From: Prochlorococcus sp. AG-679-M23
GTDB lineage: Bacteria; Cyanobacteriota; Cyanobacteriia; PCC-6307; Cyanobiaceae
Length of the DNA stretch: 64,000 nt
Assembly (NCBI GenBank): GCA_003208875.1
Contig: QCUR01000002.1
Span: 128,001 to 192,000 of the forward strand
Direction: 5' to 3'
Shown here: one piece after another, positions 33,399-43,371 of the stretch
Position numbering within the stretch: the stretch's first letter is position 1
Layout of the letters: every line of letters starts with the position of its first letter
The notes under the pieces: generated by a model
The model's database searches: none
What the model was told of the DNA's origin: nothing
The model's input: only the letters and a program-made list of their open reading frames with translations
Made by a program: the position numbers and the translations under genes

Positions 33399-34919
33399 AT
33401 GATCAGTTCTCAAAAAGATAGTTTTTTAAAGGCTTATAAAGAAGGTAAAAATTTTATACCTATTCTCAAAACTTGGCCTGCTGATTTAGAAACACCATTA
33501 TCAACATGGCTTAAATTATCAAATAAAGATTCACATGGTGTCTTTTTTGAATCCGTAGAAGGTGGGGAAAATTTAGGCAGATGGAGTATTGTTGCTACTA
33601 ATCCTCTTTGGGAAGCAGTTTGTCTTGGAGAAGAAACTATTAAGACTTGGAGTAATGGAAAAAGTGAAAAATATAAAGGCGATCCTTTTGATTTATTAAG
33701 AACTTGGACCGAAGAATATAAGTCATATAATATCGATAATTTACCTTATGTTGGTCAATTATATGGTTCTTGGGGTTATGAATTAATCAATCGTATAGAG
33801 CCTAATGTGCCTATCAATTCTCTAGAAGATAATGATATTCCTTATGGATCTTGGATGTTTTTTGATCAACTAGTAATATTTGACCAAATGAAAAGATGTA
33901 TCACTGTAGTTGTATATGCTGACACTTCCAATACATCAGAAACTCATGTTGAAGAAATATATCAAGATTCGATTTCAAGAATTAATAGAATCAGAGATTT
34001 AATGAGTGCTCCAATTAACGAAAGACAGCCTCTTAACTGGGATGAAAAAAAAGATTTGAATATTGCAATTTCAAGTAATTGGAAAAGAAAAGAGTTTGAA
34101 GAAGCTGTTATTTCTGCAAAAGAATATATAAGAAAAGGAGATATTTTTCAAATTGTTATTAGCCAAAAATTTCAATCGAAAGTTAAAAGTGATCCCTTTA
34201 ACTTATATAGGAGTTTAAGGATTGTTAATCCTTCACCTTATATGGCTTTCTTTGATTTTGGTTCATGGTACTTAATAGGCTCTAGTCCTGAAGTAATGGT
34301 CAAAGCAGAGAAGAATAAAAGTAATCAAATTGTTGCAAGCTTAAGACCGATAGCTGGCACAAGGCCAAGAGGTAAAGATGATGAACAAGATTTAAAATTT
34401 GAGAAAGATTTATTAAAAGATCCTAAAGAGATATCAGAACATGTAATGCTTATTGATCTGGGGAGAAATGATTTAGGAAGAGTATGTGAAACAGGTACAG
34501 TAGAGGTCAAAGATTTGATGATAATTGAAAAATATTCACACGTTATGCATATAGTTAGTGAAGTTGAAGGTATCTTAAAAAGTAATACTGGGGTATGGGA
34601 TTTACTAAAAGCATGTTTTCCTGCTGGTACAGTAACTGGGGCTCCAAAAATTAGAGCTATGCAATTAATTAAGAACTTTGAGAAAGATGCTAGAGGGCCG
34701 TATGCTGGAGTTTATGGGTCTATAGATATAAATGGTGCACTAAATACTGCGATAACAATAAGAACAATGATAGTTCAGCCATCAAATGATGGTGAATATA
34801 TAGTTTCTGTTCAGGCTGGAGCAGGGATAGTTGCAGATTCCTCTCCTGCGAATGAATATCAAGAGACTATTAATAAAGCCAAAGGCATATTAATGGCATT
34901 GGCTTGCTTGGGTAGATAA
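33399..34919 (+). CDS. trpE: Anthranilate synthase component I
   Basis: DLETP, NPSPY, GSSPE, PIAGT, EHVMLIDLGRND, FPAGTVTGAPK. Confidence 0.95.
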   Translation: MISSQKDSFLKAYKEGKNFIPILKTWPADLETPLSTWLKLSNKDSHGVFFESVEGGENLGRWSIVATNPLWEAVCLGEETIKTWSNGKSEKYKGDPFDLLRTWTEEYKSYNIDNLPYVGQLYGSWGYELINRIEPNVPINSLEDNDIPYGSWMFFDQLVIFDQMKRCITVVVYADTSNTSETHVEEIYQDSISRINRIRDLMSAPINERQPLNWDEKKDLNIAISSNWKRKEFEEAVISAKEYIRKGDIFQIVISQKFQSKVKSDPFNLYRSLRIVNPSPYMAFFDFGSWYLIGSSPEVMVKAEKNKSNQIVASLRPIAGTRPRGKDDEQDLKFEKDLLKDPKEISEHVMLIDLGRNDLGRVCETGTVEVKDLMIIEKYSHVMHIVSEVEGILKSNTGVWDLLKACFPAGTVTGAPKIRAMQLIKNFEKDARGPYAGVYGSIDINGALNTAITIRTMIVQPSNDGEYIVSVQAGAGIVADSSPANEYQETINKAKGILMALACLGR

Positions 34920-36038
34920 ATGAACAATGATAATTTATATAAAGGCTTTGAAGTAGAACTCTTTACAGGTTCTCACAATAATCATGTTGGAGTTTCCGAT
35001 GATATAGAAAAAACGTTTTCGAATTTTGTCAAAGAGCCGGATAACAGAAATGTTGAGTATATTACGAATCCAGAAAAAGACTATAAAGTTAGTTATAAGA
35101 ATTTATTAGAACCTAGAATAAGTTTAAGGAAATGGTTAAACAAAAGAGATTTAACAATAATCCCTTCATCTACATTGTGCTTTAAACATGATAATCAGTT
35201 TCAACGTTCTGATAAAAATAATGTTTATCATCAATTTATTCAAGATAACTACGGTATATCAATCGCCACTTCCAGTGTTCATATAAACCTAGGTATTGAT
35301 AACTTAGATAAACTTTTTGCAGCTATCCGACTTGTAAGGTGTGAGGCTTCTTTGTATTTATCAATAAGTGCAAGCTCTCCTTTTTTAAATAATAAACTTA
35401 CTAATAATCATTCACAGAGATGGATTCAATTCCCTAAAACACCAAATAAGGTTCCTTTTTTTTACAGTCATGATGACTATATAAAATGGATTGAAGAAAA
35501 TATTAAGAATGGAAATATGTACAATATTAGACATTTTTGGTCTTCTATTCGCCCAAATGGACCTCAAAGGCCTCATTTTTTGGATCGTCTGGAATTAAGA
35601 ATTTGCGATTACATCTCTGATATTGAGTTATTGTTGGCAATAACAGCTTTACTTGAACTTAGAGTCATTTATTTATTCGAAAACCTGAAGACTTTAGATC
35701 CCTTAAATACTAGTAAGTTTTCTATGGATCAATTAACAAAAATATGTGATCAAAACGAAATTAAAGCTGCACAAATGAGTCTAGACGCTGAATTGACTCA
35801 TTGGAGAGATGGCAAGAAAATGATTTGTAGAGAATGGATAAAAAATGTATTAGCTGATTTATCTTTAACTGCAGAAAAGTTAAGTATGACTCATCTTTTG
35901 AAACCTATTTATAAAGTTCTTGAGGAAGGAAATCAATCTATGAAATGGATAAAACAATATAAAGAAGGATTGTCCATTGAGGATATTATGAAATGTGCTG
36001 TTCAGGATATGATTAAAAGTGAAGAAGAAAGAATTTAA
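34920..36038 (+). CDS. gshA: Glutamate-cysteine ligase (cyanobacterial type)
   Basis: KGFEVELFTG, EPDNRNVEY, SVHIN, RPNGP, RLELRICD. Confidence 0.88.
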   Translation: MNNDNLYKGFEVELFTGSHNNHVGVSDDIEKTFSNFVKEPDNRNVEYITNPEKDYKVSYKNLLEPRISLRKWLNKRDLTIIPSSTLCFKHDNQFQRSDKNNVYHQFIQDNYGISIATSSVHINLGIDNLDKLFAAIRLVRCEASLYLSISASSPFLNNKLTNNHSQRWIQFPKTPNKVPFFYSHDDYIKWIEENIKNGNMYNIRHFWSSIRPNGPQRPHFLDRLELRICDYISDIELLLAITALLELRVIYLFENLKTLDPLNTSKFSMDQLTKICDQNEIKAAQMSLDAELTHWRDGKKMICREWIKNVLADLSLTAEKLSMTHLLKPIYKVLEEGNQSMKWIKQYKEGLSIEDIMKCAVQDMIKSEEERI

Positions 36039-36091
36039 TAAAATAAACAAATATTTGATCCCAATATATTTACATATGACATAATAATTAT

Positions 36092-39061
36092 ATGGAATCT
36101 ATGAAACAGTTTAAAAATAATCATGTGGATCTTATAAGCAACAATGATCCGTTGGATAAAAATCGTGCATTAATAGAAGATTTGTGGGAATCTGTATTGA
36201 GGGAAGAATGTCCAGATGATCAAGCAAATCGTTTAATACAGCTGAAGAAATTAAGTTATTCAAATCAAGTTGAAGAATATAGTTCAAAAAATTTTAAAAA
36301 TGAAATAGTTGATATTGTTAATTCTATGGATTTAGCTGAATCAATTTCTGCAGCTAGAGCTTTTTCATTATATTTCCAGCTAGTTAATATTTTGGAACAA
36401 AGAGTGGAGGAAGATAGATATATACAGAGTTTTACCAATCAGAATGTTCAAAAATCACAAGATAATCTAGATCCATTTGCTCCTGCTTTAGCAAGGCAAA
36501 ATGCTCCCGTAACATTTAAAGAATTATTCTTTAGGCTTAGAAGATTAAATGTTCCTCCTGGAAAACTAGAGGAATTATTACAAGAAATGGATATCCGTTT
36601 AGTTTTTACCGCACATCCTACAGAGATAGTTAGACATACAATTAGGCATAAGCAAACAAGAGTAGCAAATCTGCTCCAAAAAATACAAGTTGAAAAATTT
36701 TTAACAGTTGAAGATATTAAATCTCTCAAAATACAATTAAAAGAAGAGATAAGACTTTGGTGGAGAACAGATGAGTTACATCAATTCAAACCATCAGTAA
36801 TAGATGAAGTTGATTATGCACTACATTATTTTCAACAAGTGCTATTTGATGCGATGCCTCAGTTAAGAGGGAGAATTTCTTCAGCCCTTACTGAAAATTA
36901 TCCAGACGTTCAGATGCCAACTGAATCTTTTTGTACATTTGGATCTTGGGTAGGATCTGATAGAGATGGGAATCCATCAGTTACTCCTGAAATTACTTGG
37001 AGGACTGCCTGTTACCAAAGACAATTAATGTTAGAGAGATATATCAAAGCGACCTCTAATCTTAGAGATCAACTAAGTGTCTCAATGCAATGGAGCCAAG
37101 TAAGCTCATCTCTTTTGGAATCATTGGAAACAGATAGGGTTAAGTTTCCTGAAATTTATGAAGCAAGGGCAACAAGATATAGATCAGAGCCTTATAGATT
37201 AAAATTGAGTTATATTTTAGAAAAATTAAGATTGACCCATGAACGAAATAATTTACTAGCTGAAGGCGGATGGAAGTTATCTTTAGAAAGGGAATCTGAT
37301 AACAAAAATTTAGAGCTAGTTGAAAAATTACATTACAAGTCTGTCGATGAATTTACTTATGATCTAGAATTAATAAAAAATAGTCTTAATAGTACAGATT
37401 TAACTTGTGAGGCAGTAAATAAATTATTAACTCAGGCACATATTTTCGGCTTTTCTTTAGCAAGTTTGGATATACGTCAGGAGAGTACTAGACATAGTGA
37501 CGCAATCCAAGAATTAACTAATTACCTTGAGTTGCCAAAACAATACGATCAAATGTCTGAAAAAGAAAGAATGCAATGGCTTACTGAGGAATTAAATACA
37601 AAAAGGCCCTTGATTCCCTCTGAAGTTAACTGGAATAAAAGTACTGAAGAAACGTTCTCAGTGTTTAAAATGGTCAAAAGATTGCAAGAAGAATTTGGAA
37701 GTCGTATTTGTCATTCATATATCATTTCAATGAGTCACAGTGCATCTGATTTGCTTGAAGTCCTTCTTTTGGCAAAAGAGATGGGACTTATTGATCAAGG
37801 TTCTCAGAAATCGACATTGTTGGTCGTCCCTCTTTTTGAAACTGTTGAAGATCTGCAAAGAGCTCCAGAAGTAATGGAGCAATTATTTCAATTAGATTTT
37901 TATAAATCACTATTACCAAAAGTTGGAGAAAGTTTTAAACCTCTCCAAGAGTTAATGTTAGGTTATTCAGATAGCAATAAAGATTCAGGATTCTTATCTA
38001 GTAACTGGGAAATTCATAGAGCTCAAATTGCTCTTCAAAATCTTTCAAGCAAAAATAATATACTTTTAAGACTTTTTCACGGTAGAGGAGGTTCTGTCGG
38101 AAGAGGAGGAGGGCCTGCTTATCAAGCGATATTGGCTCAACCAAGTGGGACACTCAAAGGCAGAATAAAAATTACAGAACAAGGGGAGGTTTTAGCTTCT
38201 AAATATAGTCTCCCTGAATTGGCTTTATATAATTTGGAGACTGTCACAACAGCAGTTATTCAGAATAGTTTGGTTAATAACAGACTTGATGCCACCCCAG
38301 AATGGAATGAATTAATGACTAGGTTGGCAGAAACATCTAGAATTCAATATAGAAAATTAGTACATGAGAATCCAAATTTGCTAACCTTTTTTCAAGAGGT
38401 CACTCCAATCGAGGAAATTAGTAAACTACAAATATCAAGTAGACCCGCAAGAAGAAAAAAAGGCGCAAAGGATTTATCAAGTTTAAGAGCAATCCCTTGG
38501 GTATTTGGATGGACACAGAGTAGATTTCTTTTACCAAGCTGGTTTGGAGTGGGTACGGCTTTATCCGTGGAATTAAAATCAGATCCCGAACAAATTGAAC
38601 TATTAAGAGTACTTCATCAAAGATGGCCCTTTTTTAGAATGCTCATATCTAAGGTAGAAATGACATTATCTAAAGTTGATTTAGAAGTAGCGAAATATTA
38701 CGTTGACACACTTGGGAGTAAAGAAAATTTAAAGTCGTTTGAAGACATTTTTGATGTTATCTCTAAAGAATATAATCTTACTAAATCCTTAGTGCTTGAA
38801 ATAACTGGTAAAAATAAGCTTCTAGAAGCTGATAGAGACTTAAGATCATCTGTAAACTTAAGAAATAAAACTATTATTCCTTTGGGATTTTTACAAGTCT
38901 CACTTTTAAGAAGACTTCGAGATCAAACAAGACAACCTCCAATTAGTGAGTTTCTGGAGGATGGGATTGAGTCTAAAAGAGCTTATAGTCGTAGTGAATT
39001 ATTAAGAGGAGCACTTTTAACAATTAATGGAATTGCGGCAGGGATGAGAAATACAGGATAA
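36092..39061 (+). CDS. ppc: Phosphoenolpyruvate carboxylase
   Basis: [37 protein letters not shown]-terminal RNTG. Confidence 0.98.
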   Translation: MESMKQFKNNHVDLISNNDPLDKNRALIEDLWESVLREECPDDQANRLIQLKKLSYSNQVEEYSSKNFKNEIVDIVNSMDLAESISAARAFSLYFQLVNILEQRVEEDRYIQSFTNQNVQKSQDNLDPFAPALARQNAPVTFKELFFRLRRLNVPPGKLEELLQEMDIRLVFTAHPTEIVRHTIRHKQTRVANLLQKIQVEKFLTVEDIKSLKIQLKEEIRLWWRTDELHQFKPSVIDEVDYALHYFQQVLFDAMPQLRGRISSALTENYPDVQMPTESFCTFGSWVGSDRDGNPSVTPEITWRTACYQRQLMLERYIKATSNLRDQLSVSMQWSQVSSSLLESLETDRVKFPEIYEARATRYRSEPYRLKLSYILEKLRLTHERNNLLAEGGWKLSLERESDNKNLELVEKLHYKSVDEFTYDLELIKNSLNSTDLTCEAVNKLLTQAHIFGFSLASLDIRQESTRHSDAIQELTNYLELPKQYDQMSEKERMQWLTEELNTKRPLIPSEVNWNKSTEETFSVFKMVKRLQEEFGSRICHSYIISMSHSASDLLEVLLLAKEMGLIDQGSQKSTLLVVPLFETVEDLQRAPEVMEQLFQLDFYKSLLPKVGESFKPLQELMLGYSDSNKDSGFLSSNWEIHRAQIALQNLSSKNNILLRLFHGRGGSVGRGGGPAYQAILAQPSGTLKGRIKITEQGEVLASKYSLPELALYNLETVTTAVIQNSLVNNRLDATPEWNELMTRLAETSRIQYRKLVHENPNLLTFFQEVTPIEEISKLQISSRPARRKKGAKDLSSLRAIPWVFGWTQSRFLLPSWFGVGTALSVELKSDPEQIELLRVLHQRWPFFRMLISKVEMTLSKVDLEVAKYYVDTLGSKENLKSFEDIFDVISKEYNLTKSLVLEITGKNKLLEADRDLRSSVNLRNKTIIPLGFLQVSLLRRLRDQTRQPPISEFLEDGIESKRAYSRSELLRGALLTINGIAAGMRNTG

Positions 39062-39064
39062 GCA

Positions 39065-39511
39065 TTGCAATATTTTTCCACAAAAAAACTAATTCTTCCT
39101 GAGGGTTATTTTATCAATTCTTCACAAGTTCCAACTGCTAAGGATTTAAATAGACTTTTGATAAGTAGTGGTTGTGATTCATTTCCTACACAAAAAATAT
39201 CTCTTGCTATTAAGAATAGTAATTTTTTCTTCACGATTCAAAACGAATCTAAAAAAAAGCTCTTTGGTTTTGTAAGGGTTACATCAGATAGAGGACTCAA
39301 CGCTAACCTATGGAATCTAAGTGCTGAAAAAGGCAGTAATCAAAATCTTTTTTACTCAATATTACTGCAAGTGACTCTTGAAAAAATAAATAGGGAAATG
39401 CCAGGATGTAGTATTTCTGTTCAAGCTCCAGTAACTTCATTTAAAAGTTTAGAAGAAAGTGGATTTATAATAGATCCAAATGGTATCAGGGTAATGGGCT
39501 TTAAACTTTAA
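39065..39511 (+). CDS. GNAT-like acetyltransferase fold protein
   Basis: LFGFVRVTSDRGLNANLWNL; TTG start. Confidence 0.7.
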   Translation: MQYFSTKKLILPEGYFINSSQVPTAKDLNRLLISSGCDSFPTQKISLAIKNSNFFFTIQNESKKKLFGFVRVTSDRGLNANLWNLSAEKGSNQNLFYSILLQVTLEKINREMPGCSISVQAPVTSFKSLEESGFIIDPNGIRVMGFKL

Positions 39512-39522
39512 ATCTTTTATTA

Positions 39523-39596
39523 CGAGCATGGAGGGAGTCGAACCCCCGACACTCAGAACCGGAATCTGATGCTCTATCCAACTGAGCTACATGCTC
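39523..39596 (-). tRNA. trnR: tRNA-Arg(CCG)
   Basis: Reverse complement GAGCATGTAGCTCAGTTGGATAGAGCATCAGATTCCGGTTCTGAGTGTCGGGGGTTCGACTCCCTCCATGCTCG. Confidence 0.97.
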
Positions 39597-39672
39597 TTAA
39601 TTTTTCAATTTCTTTAAAGAAATTCTAAATATTTTAAATTTAGCTAATTTAACTAAGGAATGCATTAAAAAA

Positions 39673-40767
39673 ATTTTTTTAAATAACTTAAAAATTAATA
39701 ATTTTCGAAATCATAAAAGTTTTGAGATCGATCTTAGTGAGCAAAGAGCTATTATTCTTGGTTGTAATGGTGTTGGTAAGTCAAATTTACTTGAATCTGT
39801 AGAAGTTCTTAGTCAATTAAAATCTAATAGAGCATTAAGTGATAAAGATTTAATAGAAAACGATAGCGACATGGCAGCTATTTTTGGTCAAATTGATTTC
39901 ACGGATAATTTGAAGGTAAATTTATTTAGGAAGGGAACTAAAAAGATTTATGTAAATGATTCTTTATTGAAAAAACAGACTGAAATACAAAATTATATTA
40001 GGAGTGTATGTTTCTGTTCTAATGATATTTATATTGTCAAAAGTGAACCTAATTACAGAAGATCTTGGATTGATAAAGTTGTATCTCAACTTGAACCAGT
40101 ATATGTAGAGCTGATTCATAGATTTAATAGACTTTTAAAACAACGAAGTCATTTTTGGCGTTCAGAAAGCTTTCAAAAAGATCTATCTTCAGAAGTTATT
40201 GAAAGTTTTGATATTCAAATGTCATTAATTAGTACAAGAATTTTTAGACGGAGAAGGAGAGCTCTATCAAAAATTAAACCATATGTTGAATATTGGCATA
40301 ATCATTTGAGTAAATCCAAAGAGAAAATTGGCATAAATTATCTTTCTGGGTTAGAAAATATCAATCAAGAAGAAGAAGAAGAAGAAGAAGTTATAAGAAA
40401 GAAAATAGTGGAACAACTACAAAGGCAGAGGTCAATAGAGGCATTGACTGGTAAATGTAATTTTGGTCCTCATCGTGATGATATAGAGTTTCTGATTAAT
40501 AATATCTCCGTAAGGAAGTATGGCTCATCTGGTCAGCAAAGGACCTTTATTTTGGCTTTAAAAATGGCCGAACTGGATTTATTACGTAATATGATTAATT
40601 TACCTCCTCTTCTTATATTGGATGACGTTTTGGCTGAGCTTGATATTACTAGACAAAATTTATTATTGAATTCGGTAGGTAAAGATAGTCAATGTTTTAT
40701 AAGTGCAACGCATTTGGATAAATTCAATCAATCTTTTTTAAGCTCTTCGCAAATGATATACTTATAA
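39673..40767 (+). CDS. recF: DNA replication/repair protein RecF (start uncertain, probably non-canonical)
   Basis: The frame upstream of the listed ORF encodes IFLNNLKINNFRNH and Walker A GCNGVGKSN; downstream GPHRDD, GSSGQQR, LILDDVLAELD. Confidence 0.92.
   Translation: MFLNNLKINNFRNHKSFEIDLSEQRAIILGCNGVGKSNLLESVEVLSQLKSNRALSDKDLIENDSDMAAIFGQIDFTDNLKVNLFRKGTKKIYVNDSLLKKQTEIQNYIRSVCFCSNDIYIVKSEPNYRRSWIDKVVSQLEPVYVELIHRFNRLLKQRSHFWRSESFQKDLSSEVIESFDIQMSLISTRIFRRRRRALSKIKPYVEYWHNHLSKSKEKIGINYLSGLENINQEEEEEEEVIRKKIVEQLQRQRSIEALTGKCNFGPHRDDIEFLINNISVRKYGSSGQQRTFILALKMAELDLLRNMINLPPLLILDDVLAELDITRQNLLLNSVGKDSQCFISATHLDKFNQSFLSSSQMIYL
40369..40389 (+). repeat. (GAA)7 microsatellite encoding poly-Glu inside recF
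   Basis: Seven tandem GAA codons. Confidence 0.9.
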
Positions 40768-40818
40768 CCAAAAGATGAGTAATTTTTAGTTAATCTATAA
40801 TTCACGTATAATTGATTA

Positions 40819-41247
40819 ATGGAAGTTCCAAAAAAAAATCAAACTTTCAAAGCTTTAAATGAGGAGAAGAAATTAGTTAATAACAGTAAACATTTTTTGT
40901 TAGAACTTTATAGATGTGATTACGAAAAATTAAATGATGAATCTTTTTTGCGCTGCACGTTAAATAATGCTGCCAAATTTGCTAATGCAACAGTTTTGAA
41001 TCTAATAAGTAATAAATTTGAGCCTCAGGGAGTTACAGCAATTGCTTTACTCGCTGAATCACATATTTCGATACATACATGGCCTGAAGCACATTATTCT
41101 GCAGTTGATATTTTTACATGTGGTCAAAATATGAAGCCAGAAATATCATGTAAATACTTAATCCAAGCTTTAATGGCTAAAGAACATCTCTTGCGTATAA
41201 TTGATAGAAGTCCACCTTCAGAAGTTTATAGTCAAATAAAAAAATAA
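40819..41247 (+). CDS. speD: Pyruvoyl-dependent S-adenosylmethionine decarboxylase proenzyme
   Basis: FEPQGVT, LLAESHISIHTWPE cleavage site, DIFTCG. Confidence 0.9.
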   Translation: MEVPKKNQTFKALNEEKKLVNNSKHFLLELYRCDYEKLNDESFLRCTLNNAAKFANATVLNLISNKFEPQGVTAIALLAESHISIHTWPEAHYSAVDIFTCGQNMKPEISCKYLIQALMAKEHLLRIIDRSPPSEVYSQIKK

Positions 41248-41262
41248 ATTAAATTTTGAAAC

Positions 41263-42087
41263 TTATCTATTTAGCTTTCCGCTTATTAAACCCTCAAGAT
41301 CCAAGCTTGTGCTATTGAATCCTAAATTAGAGAAATAGTTAACTAATTCATTAAAATCATATTCTTTACAAAATATTAGTAATTCATTTTTGGGAATTTC
41401 AATTCTTGCTGTTGAACCATGACATCTAACTCTGACTTCTGATATGCTCCCTTTCTTAATATATTCTTCAGCTTTTTCTACCATGTTTAGTCTTTCATTT
41501 GTTATTAAATTTCCATAAGGAAATCTTGATGATAAACAAGGTTGAGCAGGTTTATCCCACCAAGGGAATCCCAATGCTCTTGATATATCCCTTATATCTT
41601 TTTTTGTAAACTTGAATAACGCTAACGGAGATAAAACTCCTGCTTCTTTAGCTGCTTTAATCCCAGGTCTGTAATCGTTGAGATCGTCAAGATTAACTCC
41701 GTCACAGACAGTTTTGTAATTAAGTTTTTTAGATAAAAATGTAGTGTGTTTGTGAAGCTCTTTTTTGCAAGCAAAACATCTGTTTTTAGGATTCTCACTA
41801 TAACTTGGTTGATCTAATTCTGAAGTCTCAATTTCTAAATGTTGGATGCCAATCCATCTTGCTTGAGTTTTTGCCTCTTCGAGTAATGTTTTAGCTAATG
41901 CGGGTGAAACTCCTGTAATTGCAATCGCTTTGCTTCCTAATTGCTCAAATGCCAAAGAGGCTACTAATGTACTATCGACTCCACCTGAATAAGCCACACA
42001 AACACTATTGAGATTTTTAATAAAATTTCTAATTTCCTTGAGTTTTTCATTTTGTTCATCTGAGAGGAGTTCAAGTTGATAGAACAT
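41263..42087 (-). CDS. larE: LarE-family PP-loop sulfur transferase
   Basis: AYSGGVDS, RCFACK, DYRPG, PCLSSRFPYG, VRVR, SGKLN. Confidence 0.88.
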   Translation of the reverse strand: MFYQLELLSDEQNEKLKEIRNFIKNLNSVCVAYSGGVDSTLVASLAFEQLGSKAIAITGVSPALAKTLLEEAKTQARWIGIQHLEIETSELDQPSYSENPKNRCFACKKELHKHTTFLSKKLNYKTVCDGVNLDDLNDYRPGIKAAKEAGVLSPLALFKFTKKDIRDISRALGFPWWDKPAQPCLSSRFPYGNLITNERLNMVEKAEEYIKKGSISEVRVRCHGSTARIEIPKNELLIFCKEYDFNELVNYFSNLGFNSTSLDLEGLISGKLNR

Positions 42088-42196
42088 ATAACTGTTATTA
42101 AAATTTAAATTAAGATATGAATAGGTTGAATTTATTATTAAAATTTTAATAATATTATTAACTATATCCTAAATTAAATTTACTCACTTTTCTCAA

Positions 42197-43357
42197 TTGA
42201 CAAACACTGGCAGAAATAGAGGAATTGGTATTGTTACCGCAAGTGACAGTCAGGAAAGATCCAAAGGTCAATTACATATTTACGATGGGGAAGGAAAAGG
42301 AAAAAGTCAGGCTGCCTTAGGAGTGGTTCTTAGAACAATAGGTTTAGGGATATGCGAAAAAAAACAGTCTAGAGTTTTATTGCTTAGATTCTTAAAAGGC
42401 CCTGAGAGGTCATATGATGAAGATTCTGCAATAGAAGCATTACAAAGAGGCTTCCCTCACTTAATAGATCATGTAAGGACTGGGAGATCTGAATTTTTTA
42501 ATGCTGATCAAGTTACAAAGTCTGATATTACTGAGGCTGAGAGAGGTTGGAATATTGCTAAAGGAGCAATTGCTAGTTCCCTTTATTCTGTGGTTGTCCT
42601 TGATGAATTGAATCCTGTTTTAGATTTAGGGATGCTTAATATTGAGGAAGTGGTTAAATCACTTCAACATCGACCAGATGATTTGGAAATAATTATTACA
42701 GGAAGAGCAGCACCCTCTTCATTGATATGCATATCTCAACTTCATTCAGAAATGAGATCACGCCTAAGAGGGGATTTAAATAAAACTCATAGAAAAATGA
42801 ATAATTCTGGTGGAATTGAAGTTTATACTGGAGAAGGCAAAGGTAAATCCACAAGTGCATTGGGTAAAGCTTTGCAAGCTATTGGTAAAGGAATATCTCA
42901 AGATAAAAGTCATAGAGTTTTAATATTACAATGGCTAAAAGGTGGAAATGGTTATACCGAAGATGCTGCTATAGAAGCTTTGAGAGAGAGTTACCCACAT
43001 TTAGTTGACCACCTACGTTCTGGGAGAGATGCCATAGTATGGAGGGGGCAACAACAGCCTATCGATTATGTTGAAGCTGAACGAGCTTGGGAAATTGCAA
43101 AAGCGGCTATTTTGAGCGGTTTATATAAAACTATTATTTTAGATGAATTAAATCCAACCGTCGATTTAGAACTTTTACCAGTTGAATCTATATATCAAAC
43201 TCTTTTAAAAAAACCTGCTGATACAGAAGTTGTTATTACTGGGAGATGTAAAAATGAACCATCATACTTCGAACTTGCAGATGTATATTCTGAAATGGTT
43301 TGTCACAAGCATTACGCAAATGTTGGAGTTGATTTAAAGAGAGGGGTGGATTATTAA
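42197..43357 (+). CDS. cobO: Cob(I)yrinic acid a,c-diamide adenosyltransferase (CobA/CobO type, tandem-duplicated)
   Basis: Two copies of the G-x-GKGKS, LDELNP and ITGR motifs; ends KRGVDY. Confidence 0.88.
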   Translation: MTNTGRNRGIGIVTASDSQERSKGQLHIYDGEGKGKSQAALGVVLRTIGLGICEKKQSRVLLLRFLKGPERSYDEDSAIEALQRGFPHLIDHVRTGRSEFFNADQVTKSDITEAERGWNIAKGAIASSLYSVVVLDELNPVLDLGMLNIEEVVKSLQHRPDDLEIIITGRAAPSSLICISQLHSEMRSRLRGDLNKTHRKMNNSGGIEVYTGEGKGKSTSALGKALQAIGKGISQDKSHRVLILQWLKGGNGYTEDAAIEALRESYPHLVDHLRSGRDAIVWRGQQQPIDYVEAERAWEIAKAAILSGLYKTIILDELNPTVDLELLPVESIYQTLLKKPADTEVVITGRCKNEPSYFELADVYSEMVCHKHYANVGVDLKRGVDY

Positions 43358-43371
43358 ATTTTTTTAAATAA

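Noticed and set aside
39871..40767. recF as a 298-aa protein or a pseudogene
   Set aside because: The N-terminal domain with Walker A is intact and in frame upstream
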